Shown: positions 9,649-19,798, numbered from the stretch's first letter. The stretch is 64,000 bases of DNA from Candidatus Pacearchaeota archaeon (GCA_018304105.1 JAGVWX010000019.1:65411-129410), one strand, 5' to 3'. Notes: generated by a model from the letters alone, not told the origin. Program-made: numbers and translations.

Positions 9649-10059
9649 ATGAGCAAATTGATTGTTGTCGGGATAATCGTGCTGGCACTGATAGTTGGGA
9701 TTTTTTATTTTGCTTGGGGTCGTATGGGCGTTGAGGCGAATGCAATTAATTCTCCTGCCTCAGATAGTTCCGATGTGACATTTGTTTTGACTGGAGAAAA
9801 TTTTAAGTTTGTGATGAACGGAGTTGACAATCCAGATTTGGTAGTCAAGCAAGGAGATAGAGTGAAGATTGAATTTGCCAGCGTCGGAGGATTTCACGAT
9901 TGGGTAGTTGACGAGTTTGATGCAGCAACGGGGCGCGTTAATGATGGGGAAACTACGTCGGTGGAATTTATTGCTGACGAGAGAGGAACATTTGAATATT
10001 ATTGCAGCGTCGGGCAGCACAGGACGATGGGAATGAAAGGCAATCTGATTGTCGAGTAA
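9649..10059 (+). CDS. Membrane-anchored blue-copper (cupredoxin/plastocyanin-like) protein
   Basis: GGFHDW ... YYCSVGQHRTMGM = His/Cys/His/Met type-1 Cu ligands; TATA aagtttatataat precedes the ATG at 9649 (track GTG 9607 less likely). Confidence 0.8.
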   Translation: MSKLIVVGIIVLALIVGIFYFAWGRMGVEANAINSPASDSSDVTFVLTGENFKFVMNGVDNPDLVVKQGDRVKIEFASVGGFHDWVVDEFDAATGRVNDGETTSVEFIADERGTFEYYCSVGQHRTMGMKGNLIVE

Positions 10060-10116
10060 ATAATTTTTGAACAACATTTTTATACTCTGTCCTTGTTATT
10101 ATTCTAGAAAAGAGGC

Positions 10117-10947
10117 ATGATGAGAATTTTATCTTTGGATATTGGTGGGACGAACATACGGGGCGCAGTAGTTAACGGTGCGAAAGTGAGCGGTTACTTG
10201 AAGACACCGACGCCAAAGAAACAGAAAGAAACGATTGCAAAGATTTATGAGATTGTTGCGAGTTATGGAAAGTTTGATGTGCTCTGCGTTTCGACTGCGG
10301 GGTTTGAGAGGAATGGGAAGATTGTGAATTCTTTGAATAATGATATGGATGGGACGCCGTTGTCGAAACTTTTGAGGCAAAAGTTTAAGAAAAAAGTCTT
10401 TTTGGGAAATGACGCGAATTGTGCGACGCTGGCGGAGCTGCATTATGGAGTTGGCCGGGGGAAGCGTAATTTTGTTCTGTTGACTTTGGGGAGCGGGATT
10501 GGGGGCGGGGCGGTTTTGGATGGGAAATTGTATCTTGGGAACGGTGGAGCTCTTGAAGTTGGAAGCATGAGAATCCAGGATGAAGAAATTTACGAACATC
10601 TTGCCTCGGGAAAGGCTTCTGTTAGGATTGCGCATGAGATGGGAATGAAAGGAATCACGAGTTTGGAACTTGAGCATAGAGCAGACAAAGGAGACAAGAA
10701 GGCAAAAGAAGTTTATGATAAAATCGGGAGATATCTTGGAATTGGAATGGCTAATCTGGCTTATTTGTTTGACCCTGAGGTTATAATAATAGGGGGGGGA
10801 TTTTCTAGAGTCAAGTATATTTATCCAGCAATGGAGAAAACTCTTAAGGAATTGTACTATCTGGAACCAAAACCGAAAATTGTGAAGGCGAAGTTTGGGG
10901 ATGATGCTGGATTGATAGGGGCGGCTTTGCTGATGAAGATAAAGTAA
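10117..10947 (+). CDS. glk: ROK-family glucokinase
   Basis: LSLDIGGTNIRGAVV, GNDANCATLAE, GSGIGGG motifs. Confidence 0.8.
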   Translation: MMRILSLDIGGTNIRGAVVNGAKVSGYLKTPTPKKQKETIAKIYEIVASYGKFDVLCVSTAGFERNGKIVNSLNNDMDGTPLSKLLRQKFKKKVFLGNDANCATLAELHYGVGRGKRNFVLLTLGSGIGGGAVLDGKLYLGNGGALEVGSMRIQDEEIYEHLASGKASVRIAHEMGMKGITSLELEHRADKGDKKAKEVYDKIGRYLGIGMANLAYLFDPEVIIIGGGFSRVKYIYPAMEKTLKELYYLEPKPKIVKAKFGDDAGLIGAALLMKIK

Positions 10948-11141
10948 GATGAGTTCTGTTGAAGATATTTCTTGGAAGATTTATGATTTGTAGCACTCTA
11001 AAAAATTATTAAACCACCCCACCAAACCGGGAATTGTGAGTTATTAAGCAAGTATGCTGATAACGACTTATTAATTCATTTGACTTTTAATAAAACCAGC
11101 AGCATATAAAAATTATTAAAGGGCTTAATCTCTTCTTTTGA

Positions 11142-11447
11142 ATGGGTAACAATGGAAATGCTTTGCGACGTCTCGTGCTTTCGCGTGAGCAAAAGGATGT
11201 TTTGCGTAGAGTCGCTGTTGAAAAGTTTGGTACAAGGGAAAATTTTGCTCAAGCCTTAGAATCTGCTGCGGGTAGGAGGAGATATGGCAACTTATATTTA
11301 TTCTCAGTTAATTATGAACGTCATTTGCAAGGTCAACCTGTAACAAAAAGATTTGCCCAGATTTATCTTGATGCTCTTGGAGATGATTCGCGACTGGAAT
11401 TTTTGAGGCCAGTGGTTGGTAATGGGGTGAATGGGCTTTCTAATTAA
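11142..11447 (+). CDS. Hypothetical protein (orphan, R/G-rich)
   Basis: 101 aa ORF, composition unlike neighbouring K/I/N-rich genes. Confidence 0.4.
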   Translation: MGNNGNALRRLVLSREQKDVLRRVAVEKFGTRENFAQALESAAGRRRYGNLYLFSVNYERHLQGQPVTKRFAQIYLDALGDDSRLEFLRPVVGNGVNGLSN

Positions 11448-11465
11448 AAAATAGTTTCAATAATT

Positions 11466-11535
11466 TAGAGCGCCGAAGGCGCAATGCCTCGTTCGCCATT
11501 GGCAAACGAAGGCCCGACGCGCTCGGCATCTTTAG
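11466..11535. other. GC-rich nested hairpin
   Basis: gagcgc...gcgctc outer stem enclosing gcctcgttcgcca-tt-ggcaaacgaaggc (about 11 bp with one bulge). Confidence 0.5.
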
Positions 11536-11602
11536 GAAATTGTGAGTGAGAAGTGCGCATAATAATGATTTGGCGAATTATAGAAATTATTAAAAAGGTG
11601 AT

Positions 11603-11950
11603 GTGACTGTTATTTGTGTCATGGATGAAGCGGAAATCGCTCAGAAAATACAACGAGCAGAAGTTGAGGAGCTCTTGACTTTTGCTGCGACAACTCCTTT
11701 GAGGGAAGTGACTCTAACAAGTGTGAGGTCATTGGGATTGGTGCCTTCTTCTGAACCAAGAAATTTACGTCACGTGTATGATGGAAACGGTCATGTTGAT
11801 GAGGCGATGGAAATGGGATTGATTGCACGAGGAGCGCCAGATGGAACATGCGCGTATGTCAGGTCTAAGGACGAATTGGCTAAAGTGTTTGGAGAAAGCG
11901 CACGAGCGGAATCTTTTGCTGTGCAGTATTATGGGATGCCAGGAGGTTAG
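11603..11950 (+). CDS. Hypothetical protein (orphan)
   Basis: 115 aa ORF (GTG; alternative ATG at 11621). Confidence 0.4.
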   Translation: MTVICVMDEAEIAQKIQRAEVEELLTFAATTPLREVTLTSVRSLGLVPSSEPRNLRHVYDGNGHVDEAMEMGLIARGAPDGTCAYVRSKDELAKVFGESARAESFAVQYYGMPGG

Positions 11951-12106
11951 AAAGATTTTGCTTATGAGAAATATTTTGGGCCGGAGATTGTGCCTTGAAC
12001 GACGAAAAAATAGCTTAAGTTTTCTGGATTAATTATTATGACGGATTATGTGTGGTTGGATATTTGATATAGCCGAGCGAAGCGAGGCTGATGAGTGATT
12101 TACAAG

Positions 12107-12742
12107 TTAATACTTCAAAACAAAATCTTTGCCATTGCCGGATTTGTATTGGTCGTGGGCGGCGTCGATAATCTTAATGACTTCGTTGATTTTGTCGGCG
12201 TGGAAAAGAAGTTTTAAGTCGCGTTTGCTAAAGTAGCTGCGCCTTAGCGGTTCATCTCTCAGCCATTCCAGTAAACCAACCCATTGCTCGCCCATGAGGA
12301 TTATTGGGATGTTGTTGACGTTTTTTACCTGGAGAACCTGCCAGACGTAGCATAATTCGAGCAATGTGCCGACGCCGCCGTGGGCGACCACTATCGCATT
12401 TGAAAGAAGCATGAAGTTGTCAAGCCGCTGGGAGAATCTCTTAAATCTTTTTTCTACCTGAACACCCGGATTAAGTTTTTGCTCGTGGGGAAGGAAGATG
12501 TTAAGGCCGAAAGATTTCGCGTTTGTCTTTTTTGAACCTTCGTTATGACCGAGGTTAGCTGCTTCCATTATGCCTGGGCCGCCGCCGGTTATGACATCGA
12601 TGCCGCGCTCGCCGAGCATTTTTGCAAGAGCATGGACCTGCTTGTAAATAGGGTCTTTTCTTTTTATTCGAGAAGAACCAAAAATGCTAACTCTAAATCT
12701 GTTTCTTTTTAATTCTTCTTTGAAGTCGCCTCTTAATTTCAT
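12107..12742 (-). CDS. LOG-family (TIGR00730-type) nucleotide phosphoribohydrolase
   Basis: GGGPGIMEA and AHGGVGTLLEL (PGGxGTxxE-like) motifs. Confidence 0.8.
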   Translation of the reverse strand: MKLRGDFKEELKRNRFRVSIFGSSRIKRKDPIYKQVHALAKMLGERGIDVITGGGPGIMEAANLGHNEGSKKTNAKSFGLNIFLPHEQKLNPGVQVEKRFKRFSQRLDNFMLLSNAIVVAHGGVGTLLELCYVWQVLQVKNVNNIPIILMGEQWVGLLEWLRDEPLRRSYFSKRDLKLLFHADKINEVIKIIDAAHDQYKSGNGKDFVLKY

Positions 12743-12816
12743 AAACTAAATAAGTGGGGAGGGTTTTTAATTTCTTTGATGATAATATTTTTATAGGTAA
12801 CTGCTAGTCTGATTAA

Positions 12817-13110
12817 ATGGACAGTTTTGACTTTTATATTCCAGGAAAGTACAGGGGATGTTCTGTTTCTGTACCGAGAGGAACTAGAGAACCATTTGTT
12901 TTTACTATACCTAGAAACGCTTGGTATCTCACAGTTAATCCTTTGGAAGATGAAGAAGAATTTCTGGGATGTCAAGGTGATTCCGATAGGCAAGAGTTAA
13001 GCTTTTATGATGAAACTCAGTTTCCTGTGGATACTCAAGACGTAGAACATCAAATACTTACTTTTAGGTTAATGCGTTCTTTAGAAGCTTTTTTGGAGAA
13101 AATGTATTAG
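12817..13110 (+). CDS. Hypothetical acidic protein (orphan)
   Basis: 97 aa; TATA tttttatagg about 25 nt upstream of ATG. Confidence 0.45.
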   Translation: MDSFDFYIPGKYRGCSVSVPRGTREPFVFTIPRNAWYLTVNPLEDEEEFLGCQGDSDRQELSFYDETQFPVDTQDVEHQILTFRLMRSLEAFLEKMY

Positions 13111-13117
13111 CGCCGTA

Positions 13118-13756
13118 TTATATTTTGGCGAGACCTTTCAGAAAATCTTCTGCGTTTTTTGGCGAGGCTGTGGCAATTGCGCTTGCGATGAGAACGCCCT
13201 TGCAGCCCAACTTTTTGGCGGCTTTGACGTCCTCAACTTTGTTTATGCCTGCGCCGCACAACGGAATGATTTTTGTTTTCTTGAATAGCTGAGCGAATTT
13301 TTTTACTTCTTCTGTTCGGAATTCAGTTATTGATTTTCCGCTTCCGATTAGCTTAGGGTCTTCGTATGCAATTGCCCAGGGTTTTAATGGGATGAATTTT
13401 TTTGCTTCTTTTATCGAAGGCGCGCAGAGTACGACGCGGAGACCTGCTTTATGCGTTCTTTGAATTGTTTGTTTTAGAATCTTGAAAGGCAGTGGATGTT
13501 CTGAATGATTGAGAAGAGTTCCAGAAGCGCCGACGGATTTGGTTGTTTCAGGAAGGAGGAATCCTGTCGCTCTGCCTTTGATTGCATCAACATGCTGGGC
13601 GAAGACTCGAAGTTTTGTTTTCAAATGAATTTCTTCAATGTCAACTGAAGGAACTGCAACGATTGCATGCGGAAGATGTTTCTCAATTAGTTTTGCCAGC
13701 GTGAGGGCTTTCTTTCCTGCGACGCAGTTTTTGAAGTTTATTATTATCATTAACAA
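13118..13756 (-). CDS. tpiA: Triosephosphate isomerase (archaeal short type)
   Basis: INFKN, LLNHSEH, AYEDPKLIGSG, CGAGI motifs; about 210 aa. Confidence 0.85.
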   Translation of the reverse strand: MLMIIINFKNCVAGKKALTLAKLIEKHLPHAIVAVPSVDIEEIHLKTKLRVFAQHVDAIKGRATGFLLPETTKSVGASGTLLNHSEHPLPFKILKQTIQRTHKAGLRVVLCAPSIKEAKKFIPLKPWAIAYEDPKLIGSGKSITEFRTEEVKKFAQLFKKTKIIPLCGAGINKVEDVKAAKKLGCKGVLIASAIATASPKNAEDFLKGLAKI

Positions 13757-14145
13757 AGCCTTAGGTTTTTAATTCTTGAGAAGTGTTTTTTGTTGTTTGT
13801 TTTCAGTGGACAGCCTTCAATTAGCGCAATAGTTCCGATCAAGATATCTTCGTTTTCTAACGAATCTCCTTCTTTTCGCAATTGGGAATATTGCTGCGCG
13901 GCTTCAATGACTATTTCTTCAGACAGATTAAGAACTATTAAGCGTGATAAAAGTTTTTGAATGCTTCTTATTTTTTCTTCGGGATTTTGCGCTAAATATG
14001 CTCCGATATAAAGTTCAAAAACATTTATGATTGTTGTATAAATTGTTGTGTTCTTTTCTATTTCCTGCATCCAACCAACAATTTCTTTTTTGTTTCTTAA
14101 TATGTCTACCAAGGTATCTGTATCTAGACAGACGGAGCTTTCCAT
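13750..14145 (-). CDS. vapC: PIN-domain toxin (VapC-like)
   Basis: MESSVCLDTDTLVDIL... start at ATG 14145 (track start 14187 overlaps the antitoxin heavily); acidic PIN residues. Confidence 0.7.
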   Translation of the reverse strand: MESSVCLDTDTLVDILRNKKEIVGWMQEIEKNTTIYTTIINVFELYIGAYLAQNPEEKIRSIQKLLSRLIVLNLSEEIVIEAAQQYSQLRKEGDSLENEDILIGTIALIEGCPLKTNNKKHFSRIKNLRLC

Positions 14146-14378
14146 TTTTTCCACCCTCTTTTTATTTCGGTGCGGATTCGTTTCCATTCAGTATCAGACA
14201 TATCCGACCAGGCACCGGCCAAATCAGTTATTTTTTGTTTTTTTTGATGATTTTTTTTAAATTCTTCAAGAGTTTCGTCGAATGAAACAACCTTGCCTTG
14301 TTTTTTCTGCATATCTGCCGCTATGCCAAGCAACCAACGATAATTTTCTTCACTGATTTTGATTGTTTTTGATGCCAT
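14124..14378 (-). CDS. VapB-like antitoxin
   Basis: 84 aa, immediately upstream of and overlapping the PIN gene. Confidence 0.55.
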   Translation of the reverse strand: MASKTIKISEENYRWLLGIAADMQKKQGKVVSFDETLEEFKKNHQKKQKITDLAGAWSDMSDTEWKRIRTEIKRGWKKWKAPSV

Positions 14379-14518
14379 TTCTACTTAGTCACCTAGTGAC
14401 TTTGTGTATATAAATTTTTGGGATTTATAATTTTGTCGGGAATTTTGCAGTTTTTAATAATTTCAAAATAGCAAACTAATAATTAGATTTTTTCAACAGA
14501 GCTCAGTTTTTGATGTTT

Positions 14519-15145
14519 TTATTTATAGTACTGAGGATTTGATTCTCTATCTGCTCTGCCAGAATAAAGACTTTCTCTTCTACCTGTGATTGATGGTTGT
14601 AGAAGACCATACACGTCGTAAGGGTTACTAATATCCTTTAGAATGTCATACATTGTTCTTGTATTTATATTTTGATATTTCATTCCTCCAGCGCTGCCTC
14701 CTCCACCCGAATATGTTTGGGTTTTTCCGGTATCTATTTTTAAGTTTCCTGTTCCAAATATCTTTCCGATTAGTCCAACATCAACAACAATTCCATTCAT
14801 TTGTTCAAAATAAATCGATTTATAATCTGTTCCTATTAAACCAGATTTTATTATAACCCTTTTATTTGTTATAGCATATTCTACAACAAAATTAGAAAAA
14901 AAGTTCCAGAGCAAAAAGAATAAACCAATAGTTAGAATTCCCAAACCAATTAAGAATCCGTTAATTTGTTTTGGTTGCCCATTGGAAGTGTAATTTATAT
15001 TATTCTTAGAAAATAAAAAAGCAGAAGCACCAATAACAATTATTAAACCGATAATTAAACCAGTTATCATTACTTTTCTATTTATCTTGCCTTCCCACTT
15101 CTTTTGTTCGCTTGTTTCTAAAATGTTGTCTATGTGGTGGCTCAT
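14519..15145 (-). CDS. Membrane protein with bacterial PH (bPH_2/DUF304-like) domain
   Basis: Two TM helices then EYAITNKRVIIKSGLIGTDYKSIYFEQMNGIVVD. Confidence 0.6.
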   Translation of the reverse strand: MSHHIDNILETSEQKKWEGKINRKVMITGLIIGLIIVIGASAFLFSKNNINYTSNGQPKQINGFLIGLGILTIGLFFLLWNFFSNFVVEYAITNKRVIIKSGLIGTDYKSIYFEQMNGIVVDVGLIGKIFGTGNLKIDTGKTQTYSGGGGSAGGMKYQNINTRTMYDILKDISNPYDVYGLLQPSITGRRESLYSGRADRESNPQYYK

Positions 15146-15148
15146 TTT

Positions 15149-15745
15149 TTAAAGTTCAGATTCAAAATATCTCCCACTACAATCTACGCCTTCAAGGTCT
15201 TCTGTTGAAAAGTCTCCTTGCTGCCAACCCGTAAGCAAAGTTACGAGTCTTTGCGTTTCAATATTACAAGTTCCGTCTCTTCCTTTTAATTGATTTGCTA
15301 AGTTTTGAGACTCTTGTAATTGTTGGTTAATCTCTGTCTGCGAGGCTCCGCTAGTTTGCATTTGTTGAATTAACTCTTCACTAAACTGCAACTCGACATC
15401 CTCTGTTCTAATGTAAAACAAGCATTTGTCCGATTGGATACCCTTAAGTTCGTAATAGGAAGAAGTGGTTTGTTCAATGCCAAACAAATTTACAGTTCCA
15501 GTAAAAAGAGCCTTTGATTTTTGACAACTTTTTGCTGCGTCTATAAAACAAGCCATGTCTGTTTCGCAATCTTTTATTGTAGAACTTTGTGTTGTTCCTT
15601 GAGTACTTTTGGGATTTGTATTAGTTGAAATTGTTTTCTCCTCGGGTTTCTGAGAATTGTAAAAAACAAAGACCGATAATACAACCAAAATTACCAATAA
15701 CAAGGGCAATATAATCCATAAAAGGCTAAATCCTCGCTTGTTCAT
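15149..15745 (-). CDS. Secreted/anchored hypothetical protein
   Basis: N-terminal KRGFSLLWIILPLLLV hydrophobic segment, Cys-containing soluble domain. Confidence 0.5.
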   Translation of the reverse strand: MNKRGFSLLWIILPLLLVILVVLSVFVFYNSQKPEEKTISTNTNPKSTQGTTQSSTIKDCETDMACFIDAAKSCQKSKALFTGTVNLFGIEQTTSSYYELKGIQSDKCLFYIRTEDVELQFSEELIQQMQTSGASQTEINQQLQESQNLANQLKGRDGTCNIETQRLVTLLTGWQQGDFSTEDLEGVDCSGRYFESEL

Positions 15746-15873
15746 GTTTATATTGATGAAAGAGAGCTTAAAAATGTTTTGTCTAGGCTGATTGGTTATT
15801 AACCATTTTTAGATTTCTAATTTTTTAACGCTGAATTCGCAAGGCTTAAAACAGGCGTTATATTTTATTGAAA

Positions 15874-16677
15874 ATGGGTGAGAAAAATATTGTTGAAGTT
15901 AAGAACTTGGTCAGGAAGTTTAAGGCGTTAGTTGCGGTTGATAACGTTTCGTTTAGTGTCAAAGAGGGCGAGATGTTTGCGTTTCTTGGGCCGAATGGGG
16001 CGGGAAAGACGACGACAATCAGAATGCTGACGACTTTATTGAGCCCTACTTCGGGGAAGATTAGAGTGAATGGTTTTGATCCAACTAAAGATCAGCACGA
16101 TGTAAGGAAATCGTTTGGAATTGTTTTTCAGGACACGAGTCTGGATAATGAGCTCACCGCTTTTGAGAATTTAGATTTTCACGGGAACCTTTACGGAGTC
16201 GAGAAGAATCTTAGGAAGGAAAGAATTGATTATCTGCTGAAGTTTGTCGGGCTTTGGGAAAGGAAAGGCGATTATGTGAAGAATTTTTCAGGGGGAATGA
16301 AGAGAAGGCTTGAAATCGCGCGAGGCTTGATTCATCATCCGAAGCTTTTGTTTCTCGATGAGCCGACTCTTGGGTTGGACCCGCAGACGAGGAATCATAT
16401 GTGGGAATATGTAAAGAAGCTGAATAAGGATGAAAAGATGACTGTGTTTTTCACGACGCATTACATGCAGGAAGCAGAGCAGTACGCGGACAGAATTGCG
16501 ATTATTGACAACGGGAAAATCGTGGAGCAGGGAACTTTGAAAGAGCTGAAAGCAGCAACGAAGACTAAGAATTTGGAGGCGGCGTTTTTGAAAGTCACAG
16601 GAACGACGATAAGAGAAGAGCGCGGAGGCGCTAAGGATAGAATAAGGCTCGCGAGGCGGGCGTGGGGGGACAGATAA
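15874..16677 (+). CDS. ABC transporter ATP-binding protein (ABC-2/DrrA-like)
   Basis: Walker A GPNGAGKTT, signature FSGGMKRRL, Walker B LLFLDEPT. Confidence 0.9.
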   Translation: MGEKNIVEVKNLVRKFKALVAVDNVSFSVKEGEMFAFLGPNGAGKTTTIRMLTTLLSPTSGKIRVNGFDPTKDQHDVRKSFGIVFQDTSLDNELTAFENLDFHGNLYGVEKNLRKERIDYLLKFVGLWERKGDYVKNFSGGMKRRLEIARGLIHHPKLLFLDEPTLGLDPQTRNHMWEYVKKLNKDEKMTVFFTTHYMQEAEQYADRIAIIDNGKIVEQGTLKELKAATKTKNLEAAFLKVTGTTIREERGGAKDRIRLARRAWGDR

Positions 16678-16846
16678 TGGGAAAGGAAAATAAAAATTCG
16701 GAAAAAATAGCTGCAATAATAATCTTTTCAAATTATCATAATGGCTTTCTTGAGCCGAACTGTTATTATTGTGCTGGGTGGGGTGGGGTGAAAATGTTTT
16801 GGAATTTAACCGAAGGTAATTTACAAACTAAGGGGGCGAGTATCTA

Positions 16847-17590
16847 ATGGGTGCGGTTTATGTAATGTGGCTGAGACAGATTAAGAGATACTGGAGGTCG
16901 AGGGGAAGAATGATTGGAATGTTAGGGCAGCCGATTTTGTTTTTGTTTGCTTTGGGTTTTGGACTTGGGCCGATTTTTCAGAAAGCGGGACAAGGCGATT
17001 TTATTGCTTTCTTGTCTCCAGGAATTGTTGCGATGACAGTTTTGTTTGCGGCGATGTTTTCCGGAATTGAAGTAATATGGGACAAGCAGTTTGGGTTTTT
17101 GAAGGAGACGCTCGTTGCTCCGGTTTCAAGGGGAAAGATTATGCTTGGAAGAACTCTCGGGGGCGCGACAGTCGCAATGGCGCAGGGAATAATTGTCTTT
17201 CTGATTACTTTGATAGCAGGGTTTAGGCCTTCTTTGAGTTTGCTTGCGCTGGCATTCTTCTTTACGTTTACAATTGCGTTTTTGTTTACTTCAATAGGAA
17301 TTGCAATTGCTTCGAAACTTGAAGACATGCAGGCATTTCCCATAATTATGAACTTTTTGATTATGCCAATTTTCTTTTTGTCTGGTGCATTGTTTCCGCT
17401 AAATGATGCTCCGAGAGTTTTGGAAATAATCACGAGGTTTAATCCATTGACTTACGGAGTTGATGGGCTAAGGGGCGCTTTGACAGGATTTTCGCAATTA
17501 GGATTTGCGATAGACGGAGGAGTCATGGTTTTTCTAAGCGTTGTTGTTTTTATAATTGGAAGTTATTTGTTTTCTAAGATTGAGATTTGA
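16847..17590 (+). CDS. ABC-2 type transporter permease
   Basis: 247 aa, 6 TM, follows the ATPase gene. Confidence 0.8.
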   Translation: MGAVYVMWLRQIKRYWRSRGRMIGMLGQPILFLFALGFGLGPIFQKAGQGDFIAFLSPGIVAMTVLFAAMFSGIEVIWDKQFGFLKETLVAPVSRGKIMLGRTLGGATVAMAQGIIVFLITLIAGFRPSLSLLALAFFFTFTIAFLFTSIGIAIASKLEDMQAFPIIMNFLIMPIFFLSGALFPLNDAPRVLEIITRFNPLTYGVDGLRGALTGFSQLGFAIDGGVMVFLSVVVFIIGSYLFSKIEI

Positions 17591-17761
17591 TTTTGAAGAA
17601 ATTAGATAGCTTAAATTATTTGGCTCGCTTAATTATCTTACCCCCTAAGGCTTTTTGATGTTGGGAAGAAGGGTTTATGAATGGCCTTTGAAATAATATT
17701 TTAATTTGTTAATTGACAGTAATTTTAGTTCAGATAATTATTTAAACCTGGTAAGATTGAA

Positions 17762-18379
17762 TTGGTTATGGCAAGAAAGGGGTTGAGAGTTGTCTCGGGA
17801 GATGAAGGGGAAATCGGTAAGGAAGAACTTCAGGAATATCAAGAGGCGGCTTCTTCGGCAGTGAGTTCTGTAGAAAGTAAAGAGCAAAGGGCAAATCTTC
17901 AGAAAGTCTTTAATGAACCTGAAACTCTGCATCTTTACAGAGATTTGCGGAGCAATGGTTTTTCTGAGACGGAAGCTGCGGATTTGTTAAAATATGGGGC
18001 GGTTCATTATAATGTGGATGAAGAAGGGAGAAAAAGTATAGCGACTGTGAGGGCTGGCGTGTATCATGCAATCGGGGACGCGGTAAAAAGGGCGGGCGGG
18101 CATGAATCTGCTTTAAGGGCGATGAGAAAGGACGGATATATGAAAGAGCGCGAACATGAAGATTTTAGTGGGAGAATAAAAAGAAGGGTTGAAAATCATT
18201 TAGAGCATCTTGCTCGGGCAGCTGTCTGGCTGTTCATGGCGGTTGGAGCAATTTTGATGCTGGTCTCTGGGTATGCTTTCACTGCGGCTGTTGTCGGGTC
18301 GGCGTTCGAGGTGACTTCTCTTTTTGTTATCGGATTAATTTTGTTTGTTATGGGCATGATTTTGTGGGTTAAGAAATAG
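17762..18379 (+). CDS. Hypothetical protein with C-terminal TM helices (orphan)
   Basis: 205 aa, E/R/A-rich soluble part, two C-terminal TM helices. Confidence 0.45.
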   Translation: MVMARKGLRVVSGDEGEIGKEELQEYQEAASSAVSSVESKEQRANLQKVFNEPETLHLYRDLRSNGFSETEAADLLKYGAVHYNVDEEGRKSIATVRAGVYHAIGDAVKRAGGHESALRAMRKDGYMKEREHEDFSGRIKRRVENHLEHLARAAVWLFMAVGAILMLVSGYAFTAAVVGSAFEVTSLFVIGLILFVMGMILWVKK

Positions 18380-18412
18380 TCTTTCAAATACAATAATATT
18401 TAAAACGTTTTT

Positions 18413-18637
18413 ATGGGTGGGCAAGTTATGGTTGAAGGAGATTCTTTAACACTTTGTCAGTATATTGGACGCTTGGAGTTGCGCGCGCTTGAGCAACGAA
18501 GTCAATATGGTATGTATTCTGTTTTTAGAAGAGCGTTGGATGTTCTTTTCAGGGAGGGTTTGTCACAACAAGATGAGATGCTTGCCAGGAATTATCTTAA
18601 ATCTAGGACGAGACAAGTTAAACCATCTGACCGCTGA
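18413..18637 (+). CDS. Hypothetical small protein (orphan)
   Basis: 74 aa R/Q-rich ORF. Confidence 0.3.
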   Translation: MGGQVMVEGDSLTLCQYIGRLELRALEQRSQYGMYSVFRRALDVLFREGLSQQDEMLARNYLKSRTRQVKPSDR

Positions 18638-18667
18638 ATTGTTTTGACGAGAGACACTGATTGATTT

Positions 18668-19423
18668 TTAGTTCCAGATAATCTTTTTGAGTTTTTTTGT
18701 GAGTTCTAATGGACGATTGCTTTGCCAGATGTTTCTTCCGATGGCAAGACCTGTGCAGCCAGATTTCATTGCTTGTTTTGCTTCGGTAAGAAGAACGGAT
18801 TCTTTTGTTTTTGAGCCGCCGGCGATTACGACTTTTGCTTTGCCTGCTGCTTTGACTGCCCATGCGAGGTCTCTTTGGTCTTTGCCGTTCCAGTGAACCT
18901 TTACCATGTCTGCGCCTATTTCAAGACCAACGCGGCAGGAGTAAGCGAGGAGCTCTTTGTCTGATTTTCCTTTTGTGCCTTTGCCTCTCGGATAAATCCA
19001 GGCAATTACAGGAATGTTTTTTGCATGAGCTTCTCTTTCGATGTTTTCAAACTCTTTCAGCATTTTAGCTTCGTATTCAGAACCAATATAAACAGTGTAG
19101 CCAACTGCTGCTGCTTTCAACTTGAGAGCTTCTTTGACAGAACAAAGCTGCGTGGAAAACGGCTCGCCGTTTCTTAAACTTGTCTTGCCGTTTAACTTAA
19201 CGATTAATGGGATTTTTGATTTTCTTATTTCCTTACGATATTTTTCTGCGATGCCTTTTTGAAATATTACCGCGTTAAATTTTCCTTTTTCTGCGATTTG
19301 AATTATATATTTAGGGTTTACGTTTTTGTCGTTGAAGTCGACTGGACCATGCTCCAATCCCTGGTCGTATGCTAAGTAGAATGCTTTGCCTTTTGTGAGA
19401 ATTTTATTTAAGTTTATTTTCAT
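18668..19423 (-). CDS. fba: Class I fructose-bisphosphate aldolase (DhnA/FbaB type)
   Basis: 251 aa TIM-barrel; VKLNGKTS (Schiff-base Lys region), DMVKVHWNG, LAIGRNIWQ. Confidence 0.75.
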   Translation of the reverse strand: MKINLNKILTKGKAFYLAYDQGLEHGPVDFNDKNVNPKYIIQIAEKGKFNAVIFQKGIAEKYRKEIRKSKIPLIVKLNGKTSLRNGEPFSTQLCSVKEALKLKAAAVGYTVYIGSEYEAKMLKEFENIEREAHAKNIPVIAWIYPRGKGTKGKSDKELLAYSCRVGLEIGADMVKVHWNGKDQRDLAWAVKAAGKAKVVIAGGSKTKESVLLTEAKQAMKSGCTGLAIGRNIWQSNRPLELTKKLKKIIWN

Positions 19424-19671
19424 TTTTTTAATTTGCCTTCTTTTAAGTCGTTAACGAGGTTGATAAAACTTTTTGTTAGGCTTTTGAGTTCTGTTCCGAT
19501 TTGAACCACTTTAACTGTGAGTGTGAAAAGCACAGTTAGGCCGAATACTAATATCGCCTGCTCAAATGTTGGCGAGTTTCCGAAGATATACCAAAAAGCG
19601 ATTATTAGTGATAAGACGAACAAAATCCAAATAATAATTATTTTCCAATCAGAGTTATTTTTGTTTACCAT
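19420..19671 (-). CDS. Small membrane protein
   Basis: 83 aa, 2 TM, 4-nt overlap with the aldolase gene. Confidence 0.45.
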   Translation of the reverse strand: MVNKNNSDWKIIIIWILFVLSLIIAFWYIFGNSPTFEQAILVFGLTVLFTLTVKVVQIGTELKSLTKSFINLVNDLKEGKLKK

Positions 19672-19798
19672 CTTTTATGAGAATAAGTTGGAGAATTATA
19701 TAAATTTGCGCTTTGGTCAATTCTAAAATAGCTTCAATTTTCAGAGATATTAATATCATAACGAATTGGATTTAATTTGAGATGGCCACAATAAGAAT

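Noticed and set aside
16662-16847. 61-aa ORF between the ABC ATPase and permease
   Set aside because: It overlaps the ATPase stop and is built from repeat-family motifs (aaaatagc, gggtggggtgggg), so it is probably non-coding spacer.
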